Assembly (NCBI GenBank): GCA_964600985.1
Contig: CAZRJR010000001.1
Coordinates: 147,270-211,269, forward strand
Length of the DNA: 64,000 bases
Origin: an uncultured Candidatus Saccharibacteria bacterium
GTDB lineage: Bacteria; Patescibacteriota; Saccharimonadia; CAILAD01; JADZBC01
Direction of reading: 5' to 3'
In this document: piece by piece, positions 19,930 through 28,120 of the stretch
How positions within the stretch are numbered: position 1 is the stretch's first letter
Layout: the number at the start of each line of letters is the position of its first letter
Position numbers and translations under genes: made by a program
The notes under the pieces: generated by a model
Database searches by the model: none
What the model saw: only the letters and a program-made list of their open reading frames with translations
What the model was told of the DNA's origin: nothing

Positions 19930-20354
19930 GCAAGAATGATCACAAACCTAACGCTGCTGGCGTATTTGCACTGGGCGCTGCAGTTGGTGCCCTGGTAGGT
20001 GCTGCCGCAGGTGTTTTCTTGGCACCCGGAAGTGGCAAGGAAAACCGTGCTGCTGTAGCCAAGATGTTTCACGATGTAGTAAGTGAGCTAGATCGTGAGA
20101 TTAAACAACTCAAAAAGATCGGTACTAAAGAAGCTAATGATTTAATCAAAAAGGCCGAGTCGCTCAAGGCAAGCCTGACTAAGAAGGCCGAAGAGATTGG
20201 CAAAGACGGTAAAGAGCTCTCAGAAGATGCAGTGAAGGAAGCCAAAAAGTTGATCGCTGACGCCAATAAACTAGTAGATGAGCTCGCTAAGTCGACTGCC
20301 AAGGTAGCTGCGGACGCTACCAAAGAAGTCAAGAAAGTAACTAATAACAAATAG
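19926..20354 (+). CDS. YtxH-like general-stress coiled-coil protein.
   Basis: N-terminal GALVGAAAGVFLAPGSGKENR, then Lys/Glu/Ala-rich helical repeats. Typical of the YtxH family. Confidence 0.6.
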   Translation: MSKNDHKPNAAGVFALGAAVGALVGAAAGVFLAPGSGKENRAAVAKMFHDVVSELDREIKQLKKIGTKEANDLIKKAESLKASLTKKAEEIGKDGKELSEDAVKEAKKLIADANKLVDELAKSTAKVAADATKEVKKVTNNK

Positions 20355-20635
20355 TGGCGCAGAGCAAGGAACAGACCCAAGAGCTAAAGCAAGCTGGCAA
20401 GGCTTCGTCCAAGGTGGGCATGCAGGAGTTTATAGAGCTACTCAATAGTCCTGGCCGCCTTGCATGGCTGAACTTCTCGACTGGTTTAGTACGGGGTATT
20501 GGCGGGGTAGTGGGCGCTGCGCTGGCAATCGTTTTGATTGGTGCGGCGGTAACGTATTTGGGTGCCCTTCCGTACATTGGGCAGTTTATTAATAAGATTG
20601 CAGCGGCAGCCAGCATAACTACAACCGGACAATAG
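20354..20635 (+). CDS. Hypothetical small membrane protein. Third gene of the DUF948/YtxH cluster, with a GTG start.
   Basis: 93 aa. LAWLNFSTGLVRGIGGVVGAALAIVLIGAAV is a single hydrophobic hairpin. Confidence 0.45.
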   Translation: MAQSKEQTQELKQAGKASSKVGMQEFIELLNSPGRLAWLNFSTGLVRGIGGVVGAALAIVLIGAAVTYLGALPYIGQFINKIAAAASITTTGQ

Positions 20636-20786
20636 TCTGGCAACCAGACAATAGCTCGGCCGAATCGGCTACATAAGCTTACAACGATACAAAAAATCCA
20701 AGGTCGCAAGACTTATGCTGCTTACGGTTTGGGACTATAATAGTAAGTAACGTAGTAAGAGTGAGCTGAGGAGGGGTAGAACTCGC

Positions 20787-23700
20787 GTGTCTTCAAAAAC
20801 CGAAACAGATACGAGTACGCCGGCGGGCAAGCAGACCACCGTGGACTTTGTGCATCTTCACAACCACACGCACTATAGCTTGCTCGATGGTCTGCAGAAG
20901 ATCCCGCAGCTCTTAGACCAGGTGGAGGCCTTGGGACAAAAAGCTGTTGCTATCACCGATCACGGAACATTGTCTGGCGCAATTGAGTTCTACAAGGAAT
21001 GCACCAAGCGGGGCATAAAGCCGATCATCGGTATGGAGGCCTACGTAGCGCCACGCAAGCACACTGACAAGAACTCTAAAGAAGACCGTACGCCATACCA
21101 CCTTACGTTACTTGCCAAGAACGAACAGGGGTACAAGAATCTCATGAAGCTTTCGACCATTGCTTGGCTAGAGGGTTTTTACTACAAGCCTAGGATTGAT
21201 CGCGACTTGCTCGAGAAGTATCACGAAGGCCTAATCTGCTTGACTGGCTGCATTGGTGGTGAACTGGGAACGCACATTCTTAATGGTGATCCGGATGATG
21301 CTATGGAGGCGGCCGAGTGGTACAAAAACCTCTTTGGGGCCGAGAATTACTACCTAGAGGTCCAGCCACATATTGGCTGGAAGCCGCAAGATAGGGTAAA
21401 CGCTGGTTTGCAGGTTATAGCCAAAACACTCGGGCTGGGCTTGGTAGCGACTGGCGACGCCCACTATACCAAAGACACCGACCACTATGTTCACGATATT
21501 CTGCTCTGTGTACAAACCGGTAGCTTGCTCGAAGATCCCAATAGAATGAAGCTTGACCAAGATCTCTCGGTGCGTAGCGGTGAGTTCTTTGCCGAGAAAT
21601 TCCCTGATCTTCCGCAGGCAATTACCAATACGGTAAAGATCGCCGACATGTGTGATCTTACTATCGAGCTTGGTCAGATCTTGATCCCGAAGTTCGATGT
21701 GCCCGAGGGTGAAACCGAGAATAGCTATTTGCGCAGCCTCGTGTTTCGGGGCGCAGCCTGGCGCTACCTTAAGACTCCTAAGGAAGACTTGGCGTCTATG
21801 GCCGAGGCAGAGGTGCGGGCTAAGTTGGAGCCACGTGTGCTCGAGCGGATTGAGTATGAGCTCGAAGTTATCGCCAATATGGGTTACGAGGGTTACTTCT
21901 TGATCGTAGCCGACCTCATTAACTGGAGTAAGAACCAAGGAATTATTTGTGGTCCCGGGCGTGGTAGTGCGGCTGGGTCAATTATTGCCTATCTAACCAA
22001 TATAACTGATCTCGATCCACTGGCTTACGATTTGCTGTTTGAGCGCTTTTTGAACCCAGACCGCATATCTATGCCAGATATCGATATGGACTATGCCGAC
22101 GATAGGCGTGAAGAAGTCATAGCTTATGCCACCGAAAAGTACGGCCAAGATAGAGTGGCGCAGATTATTACCTTTGGTACCATGGCGGCTCGTAACGCCG
22201 TGCGTGATACGGGTAGAGTACTGGGTATGCCTTATGGTGAGGTCGATGCCATAGCCAAGCTCATTCCTGCCCCAGTGCAGGGTCGGCACATACCACTCGC
22301 TAAATCAATTGTAGACGATCAAGACCTGGCTCGTGAGTATAATTCTAATCCACGCGCCAAGAACGTAATTGACGTAGCCATGCAGCTCGAGGGTACGATT
22401 CGTAATGCCGGCACGCACGCGGCCGGCGTGGTAATTGCACCCGAAGCAATCGTAGAGCGCGTGCCGCTCACACGCGCTTCCAAGGGCGGTATTGCCACTC
22501 AATACACTATGGGCCCGGTCGAAGAATTGGGCTTGCTCAAGTTCGACTTTCTGGGGCTTTCGAACCTTACGATTATCAAGAACACGCTGCGAATTATGCG
22601 TAGGGTGTACAACGTAGAGCTGGATCCGTCCGAGATTCCGCTCGATGACGAAAAAACATACCAATTGCTGGCGCATGGTGATACCACTGGTGTATTCCAG
22701 CTGGAATCATCGGGTATGAAGCGTTATCTGCGGGAGCTTAAGCCAGATCGGTTCGACGACATCGTGGCTATGTGTGCCCTGTATCGTCCAGGGCCGTTGT
22801 CGGCCGGGCTGACCGATAGCTTTGTTCGGCGCAAGAACGGCCTCGAGGAGGTGACTTATGATCATCCGTCTATGGAGCCGTCGCTTAAGACTACTTATGG
22901 TGTATTGGTCTACCAGGAGCAGGTCATGCAATTCTCTAAAGATGTCTGTGGTTTTACCGGTGGTGAGGCCGACACACTACGCAAAGCGATTGGCAAGAAA
23001 CAAGTCGAAACAATGGCCAAGATGAAAAAGGCGTTTATAGAGGGCGGGGTGAGTCACTCCAAGGTGCCGCTCGAGATTATGGAACGCTTCTGGGATCACC
23101 TACTTGGCTTTGCTGACTACTGCTTTAACAAATCGCACTCTGCTTGCTACGGCTTAATTGCAGTTCAAACGGCCTACCTTAAGGCTCACTACCCCGCAGC
23201 CTTTATGGCGGCGCTTATGACTAGTGACTACGGTAATCTTGATCGCATTGCTATTGAGGTTACTGAATGCCGCAAGATGGGCATCGAGCTTTTGCCACCA
23301 GATGTAAATGAGAGCTTTTACGAATTTGCCGTAGTGCCCGGAACTAATAACATTCGTTTTGGCTTAGCGGCGGTCAAGAACGTTGGTTCGGGGCCAATTC
23401 AAGCTATTATGGACGCGCGCGAGGAGGGTGGTGCCTTTGCCTCGATCGAGGACTTTGCCAAACGCGTGGATGCTGCCCATGTAAATCGCAAGACCATGGA
23501 AAGCCTGATTAAGGCCGGGGCATTCGATGGTATGGGTGACCGTGACACCTTCTTAGAAAACGTGGACAAGATTACCTCATATGCTACTCGTGCGCAAAAG
23601 AACGCACTGTCGGGCCAGATTGATATATTTGGCGCTATCGGAATGCAAGAAGAAATGCCCCCACTCCAGCTCGATATACCCACTACCAAGCCAGATTTGC

Positions 23701-24398
23701 GTCAACATCTACTATGGGAAAAGGAGCTACTCGGTCTTTATATTTCTTCTCACCCGCTTGATGAGTACGATACATACCTAGATGACCAAACCATGCCGCT
23801 CAGTAAGCTGAATTCATCGCTCGAGGGCCGCTCAGTACACATTGGTGGCATTATAACTGCGTTCCGAAGAATCACCACCAAAACTGGCTCGGCCATGGCA
23901 TTTGTAGTGCTCGAAAGCAAAGACGGCGACGTGGAGTTGATCGTGTTCCCCAAGGCCTACGAGCGTTACCAGTCTGTGCTGCAAGTAGATATGGTAGTTG
24001 AAATCGAAGGCAAAGTAAGTACCAAGGACCGCGATGGCAAACTCGGTGGCGACCTCAAGATCCTACTTGATAGCGCTAAACTTATTGATATAGAGAAAGC
24101 TCGCAAATGGTTGCCCAAAAAGCCCAAAGCACAGGTGGAGGACGACGCACCAGCTTTGCCCGCCCAAAAGCTCTATGTGCACCTTGATAGTGTTAAGGAC
24201 ACCACGCAGCTCCTGGCGGTTAAGAAGGTACTTGAGTCTCACAAAGGAGTATGCGAAAGCTACCTGGTGCTGGGCGAAGACAAGCGCCAGCTGGTGAAGT
24301 TGCCCTACAAGGTGGCGATAAACGATATTCTCCTAAGCGAGCTCAATGAGCTACTTGGTGCCGACCAGGTTGTGATTAAGACACCTCAAAACGCTTAA
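20787..24398 (+). CDS. dnaE: DNA polymerase III alpha subunit.
   Basis: 1203 aa. PHP domain (FVHLHNHTHYSLLDG), polymerase core, OB-fold. RBS gaggagggg lies upstream of the GTG start. Confidence 0.95.
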   Translation: MSSKTETDTSTPAGKQTTVDFVHLHNHTHYSLLDGLQKIPQLLDQVEALGQKAVAITDHGTLSGAIEFYKECTKRGIKPIIGMEAYVAPRKHTDKNSKEDRTPYHLTLLAKNEQGYKNLMKLSTIAWLEGFYYKPRIDRDLLEKYHEGLICLTGCIGGELGTHILNGDPDDAMEAAEWYKNLFGAENYYLEVQPHIGWKPQDRVNAGLQVIAKTLGLGLVATGDAHYTKDTDHYVHDILLCVQTGSLLEDPNRMKLDQDLSVRSGEFFAEKFPDLPQAITNTVKIADMCDLTIELGQILIPKFDVPEGETENSYLRSLVFRGAAWRYLKTPKEDLASMAEAEVRAKLEPRVLERIEYELEVIANMGYEGYFLIVADLINWSKNQGIICGPGRGSAAGSIIAYLTNITDLDPLAYDLLFERFLNPDRISMPDIDMDYADDRREEVIAYATEKYGQDRVAQIITFGTMAARNAVRDTGRVLGMPYGEVDAIAKLIPAPVQGRHIPLAKSIVDDQDLAREYNSNPRAKNVIDVAMQLEGTIRNAGTHAAGVVIAPEAIVERVPLTRASKGGIATQYTMGPVEELGLLKFDFLGLSNLTIIKNTLRIMRRVYNVELDPSEIPLDDEKTYQLLAHGDTTGVFQLESSGMKRYLRELKPDRFDDIVAMCALYRPGPLSAGLTDSFVRRKNGLEEVTYDHPSMEPSLKTTYGVLVYQEQVMQFSKDVCGFTGGEADTLRKAIGKKQVETMAKMKKAFIEGGVSHSKVPLEIMERFWDHLLGFADYCFNKSHSACYGLIAVQTAYLKAHYPAAFMAALMTSDYGNLDRIAIEVTECRKMGIELLPPDVNESFYEFAVVPGTNNIRFGLAAVKNVGSGPIQAIMDAREEGGAFASIEDFAKRVDAAHVNRKTMESLIKAGAFDGMGDRDTFLENVDKITSYATRAQKNALSGQIDIFGAIGMQEEMPPLQLDIPTTKPDLRQHLLWEKELLGLYISSHPLDEYDTYLDDQTMPLSKLNSSLEGRSVHIGGIITAFRRITTKTGSAMAFVVLESKDGDVELIVFPKAYERYQSVLQVDMVVEIEGKVSTKDRDGKLGGDLKILLDSAKLIDIEKARKWLPKKPKAQVEDDAPALPAQKLYVHLDSVKDTTQLLAVKKVLESHKGVCESYLVLGEDKRQLVKLPYKVAINDILLSELNELLGADQVVIKTPQNA

Positions 24399-24443
24399 TT
24401 CACTCTTGCCTAGGTGGGCGCAATATGCTAGACTTGTTAAGTT

Positions 24444-25076
24444 ATGAATGCCACAGAACTTATTCAATCAGTCGAAAAGAGCAGCCTCAAGGCTAAATTG
24501 CCAGACGTACGTCCCGGCGACACCGTGCGGGTGCACCAAATGATTCGCGAAGGCAACAAGCAACGCGTACAGATATTCGAAGGTGTAGTAATCCGTCGCA
24601 AGAGTATGAATAGCTTGCAGGCGAGCATTACTGTGCGTAAGATTGCCTCTGGTGTAGGGGTGGAGAAAACTTGGTTTATGCACTCACCCAATGTGGTTAA
24701 GATCGAAGTTGTGCGCCGTGCCAAAGTACGCCGCGCTTTCTTGGGCTACATGCGTGGGCTCCGTGGTAAGGCTGCTCGCATGGCCGAACAAGAGTTTGAC
24801 CGTGCTGCAGCTAACGAGGCTGATGCTCGCACCGGCGCGCAGATAGCTGCCGAAGCCCAGGCCGAGGTAGAGGCTGCAGAAGCTCCTGCCGGGGATGCTG
24901 GTGCAGACGTAATGCAGCAGGCCGACACAGTATCGACCGAAGAAGTGGCCAAGGCAGAAGAAAAAGAAGCTAAGCAAGCAGACCCAGAAAAGGACGCCAA
25001 TGCTGCCGACGACGAAGCAGTTGCCGAGAAGGTAGAAGCTGAGCAAGGCGAAGCCAAGGCCGAACCAAAAGCTTAA
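24444..25076 (+). CDS. rplS: 50S ribosomal protein L19 with a roughly 90-aa Ala/Glu-rich C-terminal extension.
   Basis: The first 115 aa match L19 (RPGDTVRVH..IREGNKQRVQIFEGVVI...). The remainder is low-complexity AEAQAEVEAAEA... Confidence 0.9.
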   Translation: MNATELIQSVEKSSLKAKLPDVRPGDTVRVHQMIREGNKQRVQIFEGVVIRRKSMNSLQASITVRKIASGVGVEKTWFMHSPNVVKIEVVRRAKVRRAFLGYMRGLRGKAARMAEQEFDRAAANEADARTGAQIAAEAQAEVEAAEAPAGDAGADVMQQADTVSTEEVAKAEEKEAKQADPEKDANAADDEAVAEKVEAEQGEAKAEPKA

Positions 25077-25092
25077 ATCTAAGGCTAACTAC

Positions 25093-25121
25093 TAAAAGCC
25101 CCTCATTGCGAGGGGCTTTTA
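25093..25121. terminator. Bidirectional rho-independent terminator after rplS.
   Basis: aaaagcccctc attgcg aggggctttt. Confidence 0.75.
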
Positions 25122-25144
25122 GATTGGAAAGTTTAATAACGGTA

Positions 25145-25708
25145 AAAGGTTCATTAAACGTAGAAGGGCCCTGGTCTTCTGACCAGGGCCAGCGCGATTG
25201 CGCTACCAGAGCCGGAATGCCACCGGTTGGCTTTTTATCCGATCATTGACCGGCATGGCCCAAAAGGGCGAGAAGGGGAGAAAAGAGCTGACTATTGGCT
25301 AGTCATTCTGAGTGCTCTCGCCGGGCAAGCCCACCTTGGTGGGGTCCTCCATACTGCCAAGCCTTTACCTTCGGTTTAAGCGCCGTGGTTCGCTTCACCA
25401 GTTAATTCTGGTCCAGGCCCTCTTTTCTCCGGAATGGGCACTATTCCGTGACTCTCCGCTTCCCCCACAGCGTAGGGGGTTAATCGGTCTGTCGGTACGT
25501 TTCGGGCGTCCATCTCCGATGCAAGAAAGTGAGCAGACGTATACTCACCCCCGGTATCCCTTGCCGGTGCACGTTCAGCTTCGCTGGGATTATGCGAGCC
25601 TAGTCTCTCCTCAGAGACGGTTCAGGTTTGGGTCCAGATCCCCATTCCCTAGCTAAGCAACGGTAGTATTGCTACGCTTAGCATGCAGGTTACCCGAAGG
25701 TAACCGAA
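25145..25708 (-). ncRNA. Candidate large structured ncRNA of about 560-580 nt, class unknown, in an ORF-free gap behind a consensus sigma70 promoter.
   Basis: On the minus strand, TTGACA (25739-25744), a 17-nt spacer and TACAAT (25716-25721). The region has many stable hairpins, for example ggttacc ttcg ggtaacc, gctaagc...gcttagc, cccac caag gtggg and gggccctggtc ttct gaccagggcc. No credible ORF is present: the 114-aa frame translates to Pro/Ser/Arg-rich nonsense. Confidence 0.4.
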
Positions 25709-25715
25709 CTTATGT

Positions 25716-25744
25716 ATTGTACTACACTATAGGCACAATGTCAA
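25716..25744 (-). promoter_or_regulatory. Near-consensus sigma70 promoter (TTGACA-N17-TACAAT) driving the candidate ncRNA on the minus strand.
   Basis: Plus-strand attgta at 25716-25721 and tgtcaa at 25739-25744, with 17-nt spacing. Confidence 0.6.
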
Positions 25745-25771
25745 TACTTTTTATATGCTATACTCATTCGT

Positions 25772-26371
25772 ATGATATGGGCCGGTTATGAGTATGAAGA
25801 AATGGCGCGAAGCCAGGGTTTGAAATTTATTACTGGGGCTGACGAGGTGGGGCGGGGTTGTTTGGCTGGGCCTATGGTAGTAGGTATGGCGGTTTTGCAG
25901 GACGAGTGCGGGCTTCAGGTGGCGGACTCGAAACTCCTCAGCGCCAAGAAGCGAGCAGTATTAGCGGATTTGATTAAGCAACAAGCCCACGCCTGGTCGA
26001 TCGGCAGGGTAGAATGTACCGAAATAGATGAATTAGGCCTGAGTACTGCCCTCAGATTAGCCTACCAGCGAGCGCTCGATAATCTCGGTGTTCAGCCTGA
26101 CAGATTGGTGATAGATGGACCACACAGAATATTGGACCACGACTTCATTGAGCCGATCGTTAAAGCAGATCAGCAGATTGCTTGCGTAGCTGCAGCGTCC
26201 ATACTAGCCAAAGTAGAGCGCGACACGTGGATGCAAACGCAGGCGGACGTGTACCCGCAGTATGGGTTTGCTACCAACGTAGGCTATGGCAGCGCCCAGC
26301 ACTTAGCTGCCTTGCGCGAGCATGGCCCAAGCCCGTTACATAGGCGCAGCTTTAAGGTTAAGAGGCTCTAG
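25772..26371 (+). CDS. rnhB: Ribonuclease HII.
   Basis: ITGADEVGRGCLAGPMVVGMAV matches the RNase HII active-site D-E-V-G-R-G region. 199 aa. Confidence 0.9.
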   Translation: MIWAGYEYEEMARSQGLKFITGADEVGRGCLAGPMVVGMAVLQDECGLQVADSKLLSAKKRAVLADLIKQQAHAWSIGRVECTEIDELGLSTALRLAYQRALDNLGVQPDRLVIDGPHRILDHDFIEPIVKADQQIACVAAASILAKVERDTWMQTQADVYPQYGFATNVGYGSAQHLAALREHGPSPLHRRSFKVKRL

Positions 26372-26373
26372 TA

Positions 26374-26736
26374 GTGGCTACGAACACCACCGCAATTGGT
26401 AACACGGCCGAAGACATTGCCGCGAGCTACTTACAGCAGCACGGCTACCAAATTATTGCCCGCAATCATCGCACACGCTTTGCCGAACTCGACATAGTGG
26501 CCATCAACAAGGAGGTAGTTGCATTTGTGGAGGTAAAGTACCGCAAGCATACTGGATTTGGTGGTGGGGTGGGCGCGATCACTAGCGACAAACTACGGCG
26601 ACTTACTAATGCTGCAAGCGCGTGGTTAGTGGAGCATGCTGAGTTTGAGCACATGCAGCCACGTATAGATGTAGTCACGGTCGAGGGCGACTTAACGGAC
26701 CCTAAGATTGAGCATGTAGAGAACATATCAACTTGA
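26374..26736 (+). CDS. yraN: YraN/UPF0102 family endonuclease.
   Basis: GE..A..YL...GY.I.ARN.R....ELDIVA...E..VFVEVK.R pattern. 120 aa, GTG start. Confidence 0.8.
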   Translation: MATNTTAIGNTAEDIAASYLQQHGYQIIARNHRTRFAELDIVAINKEVVAFVEVKYRKHTGFGGGVGAITSDKLRRLTNAASAWLVEHAEFEHMQPRIDVVTVEGDLTDPKIEHVENIST

Positions 26737-26892
26737 CGAATAGTGCCCGATTAGCTACAATGAGGTCATTCTGATAGTCATTACTTCAGTCGGTCTTTTG
26801 TAAGAGCCCGGCTTTTTTTGACCCCACTACCTTAATTACGGTCAAATAATATAGCTAAATGAGATCAGCCACTAACCAGAAAGGAGTCAACT

Positions 26893-28005
26893 ATGACCAA
26901 CCAATTTATATCTGCAATCGAACAGATTTGCGACGAAAAAGGCCTGAGTAAAGACATCGTACTCGAAGCAGTCGAACAGGCCTTGGCCGCCGCATACAAA
27001 AAGGATTACGGCGATCGCGACCAAGAAGTGCGCGTACAGCTTGATCCCAGCAGTGGCGAGCCACGGATATTTGTGAGCAAAGAAGTTGTGGACGAAGTAG
27101 AGAACCCATTCCTACAAATTAGTGTGGCCGATGCACAAAAGCACAAAAAGGGCGCCAAGGTCGAGGATGTAGTGGAGTACGAGGAAGACAACAAAGAGTT
27201 TGGTCGTGTAGCTGCCCAGACCGCCAAGCAGGTGATTGTGCAGCGCATACGAGAAGCCGAGCGCGAAGTAGTATTTAGCGAGTATAGCGACAAGGAAGAT
27301 ACCATACTCAATGCCGTAGTACAGCGAGTAGAGGGCAACAATGTATTTGTAGACCTTGGCAAGGCCTCTGGGATTATGTTCCCAGCCGAGCAAATCCGCG
27401 GCGAACACTATTACCCTGGCCAGCGACTCAAGGTGTACATAGTACGCGTAGAGCAGACTGCTCGCGGCCCACAGATTGTAGTAAGCCGATCGCACCCCGA
27501 TATGATCCGTCGCTTGTTCGAAATGGAAGTACCAGAGATCGAAAACGGCACAGTAGAAATCAAGGGCATAGCTCGTGAAGGCGGTGCTCGCACCAAGATC
27601 GCTGTGCTGTCTAATGCCGATGGCGTAGACGCTGTGGGTACCTTTGTGGGTGGTCGCGGCGCTCGTGTGCAGGCGGTAATGGCTGACTTAGGTGAAGAAA
27701 AGATCGACATTATTCCCTACAGCGACGACCCGAAGACCTTTATAGCCTCAGCACTTAGCCCTACCAAGGTTCTTAGTGTGACCCTACACGAGGATGAGCA
27801 GAAGGCAGTAGTGCGTGTACCAGAGGATCAGCTTTCGCTGGCAATTGGCCGCCAAGGGCAAAACGTGCGCCTAGCTGCCAAGCTAACTGGCTGGAATGTA
27901 GACATAGAGAGTGCCGATGATGCTGGTATAGAGGCTACTGCCGAAGCAGCCGAGGAGCAAGCTACGCCAGAAGCCGACCAAGAAGCACCAGCGAACGAAG
28001 AGTAA
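26893..28005 (+). CDS. nusA: Transcription termination/antitermination factor NusA.
   Basis: N-terminal NusA domain, S1 domain and two KH domains (AIGRQGQNVRLAAKLTGW), with an acidic C-terminal tail. RBS aaggag. Confidence 0.93.
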   Translation: MTNQFISAIEQICDEKGLSKDIVLEAVEQALAAAYKKDYGDRDQEVRVQLDPSSGEPRIFVSKEVVDEVENPFLQISVADAQKHKKGAKVEDVVEYEEDNKEFGRVAAQTAKQVIVQRIREAEREVVFSEYSDKEDTILNAVVQRVEGNNVFVDLGKASGIMFPAEQIRGEHYYPGQRLKVYIVRVEQTARGPQIVVSRSHPDMIRRLFEMEVPEIENGTVEIKGIAREGGARTKIAVLSNADGVDAVGTFVGGRGARVQAVMADLGEEKIDIIPYSDDPKTFIASALSPTKVLSVTLHEDEQKAVVRVPEDQLSLAIGRQGQNVRLAAKLTGWNVDIESADDAGIEATAEAAEEQATPEADQEAPANEE

Positions 28006-28120
28006 AATTAGCACTGTCAACCCCCGAGTGCTAATTCCAGATCAAAACCGTACGTAAATTGTACGGTTTTTGGTTACCCAATATGCTATAATAGATATAG
28101 TAATTTAGGAGTGTGCAAAA

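Noticed and set aside
20636-20786. Short repeat gacaatag(t/c)c(t/c)gg twice with a small hairpin upstream of dnaE.
   Set aside because: Only two short copies in an intergenic spacer. This is most simply a weak terminator or spacer with chance repetition and not worth a separate call.
25312-25656. A 114-aa + strand ORF inside the rplS-rnhB non-coding block.
   Set aside because: The translation is Pro/Ser/Arg/Leu-rich with no domain-like pattern, there is no RBS, and it is embedded in the hairpin-dense candidate ncRNA region. It is more likely non-coding.
25145-25708. Attempt to assign the rplS-rnhB block to RNase P RNA, tmRNA or SRP RNA.
   Set aside because: I could not find the P4 strands (AAGUCCGG / CCGGCUUA), the GGUAAGAGCGCACC module, a tmRNA tRNA-like CCA end with complementary 5' end, a plausible tag frame, or SRP domain IV. 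It is left as class unknown. A covariance-model search is needed.
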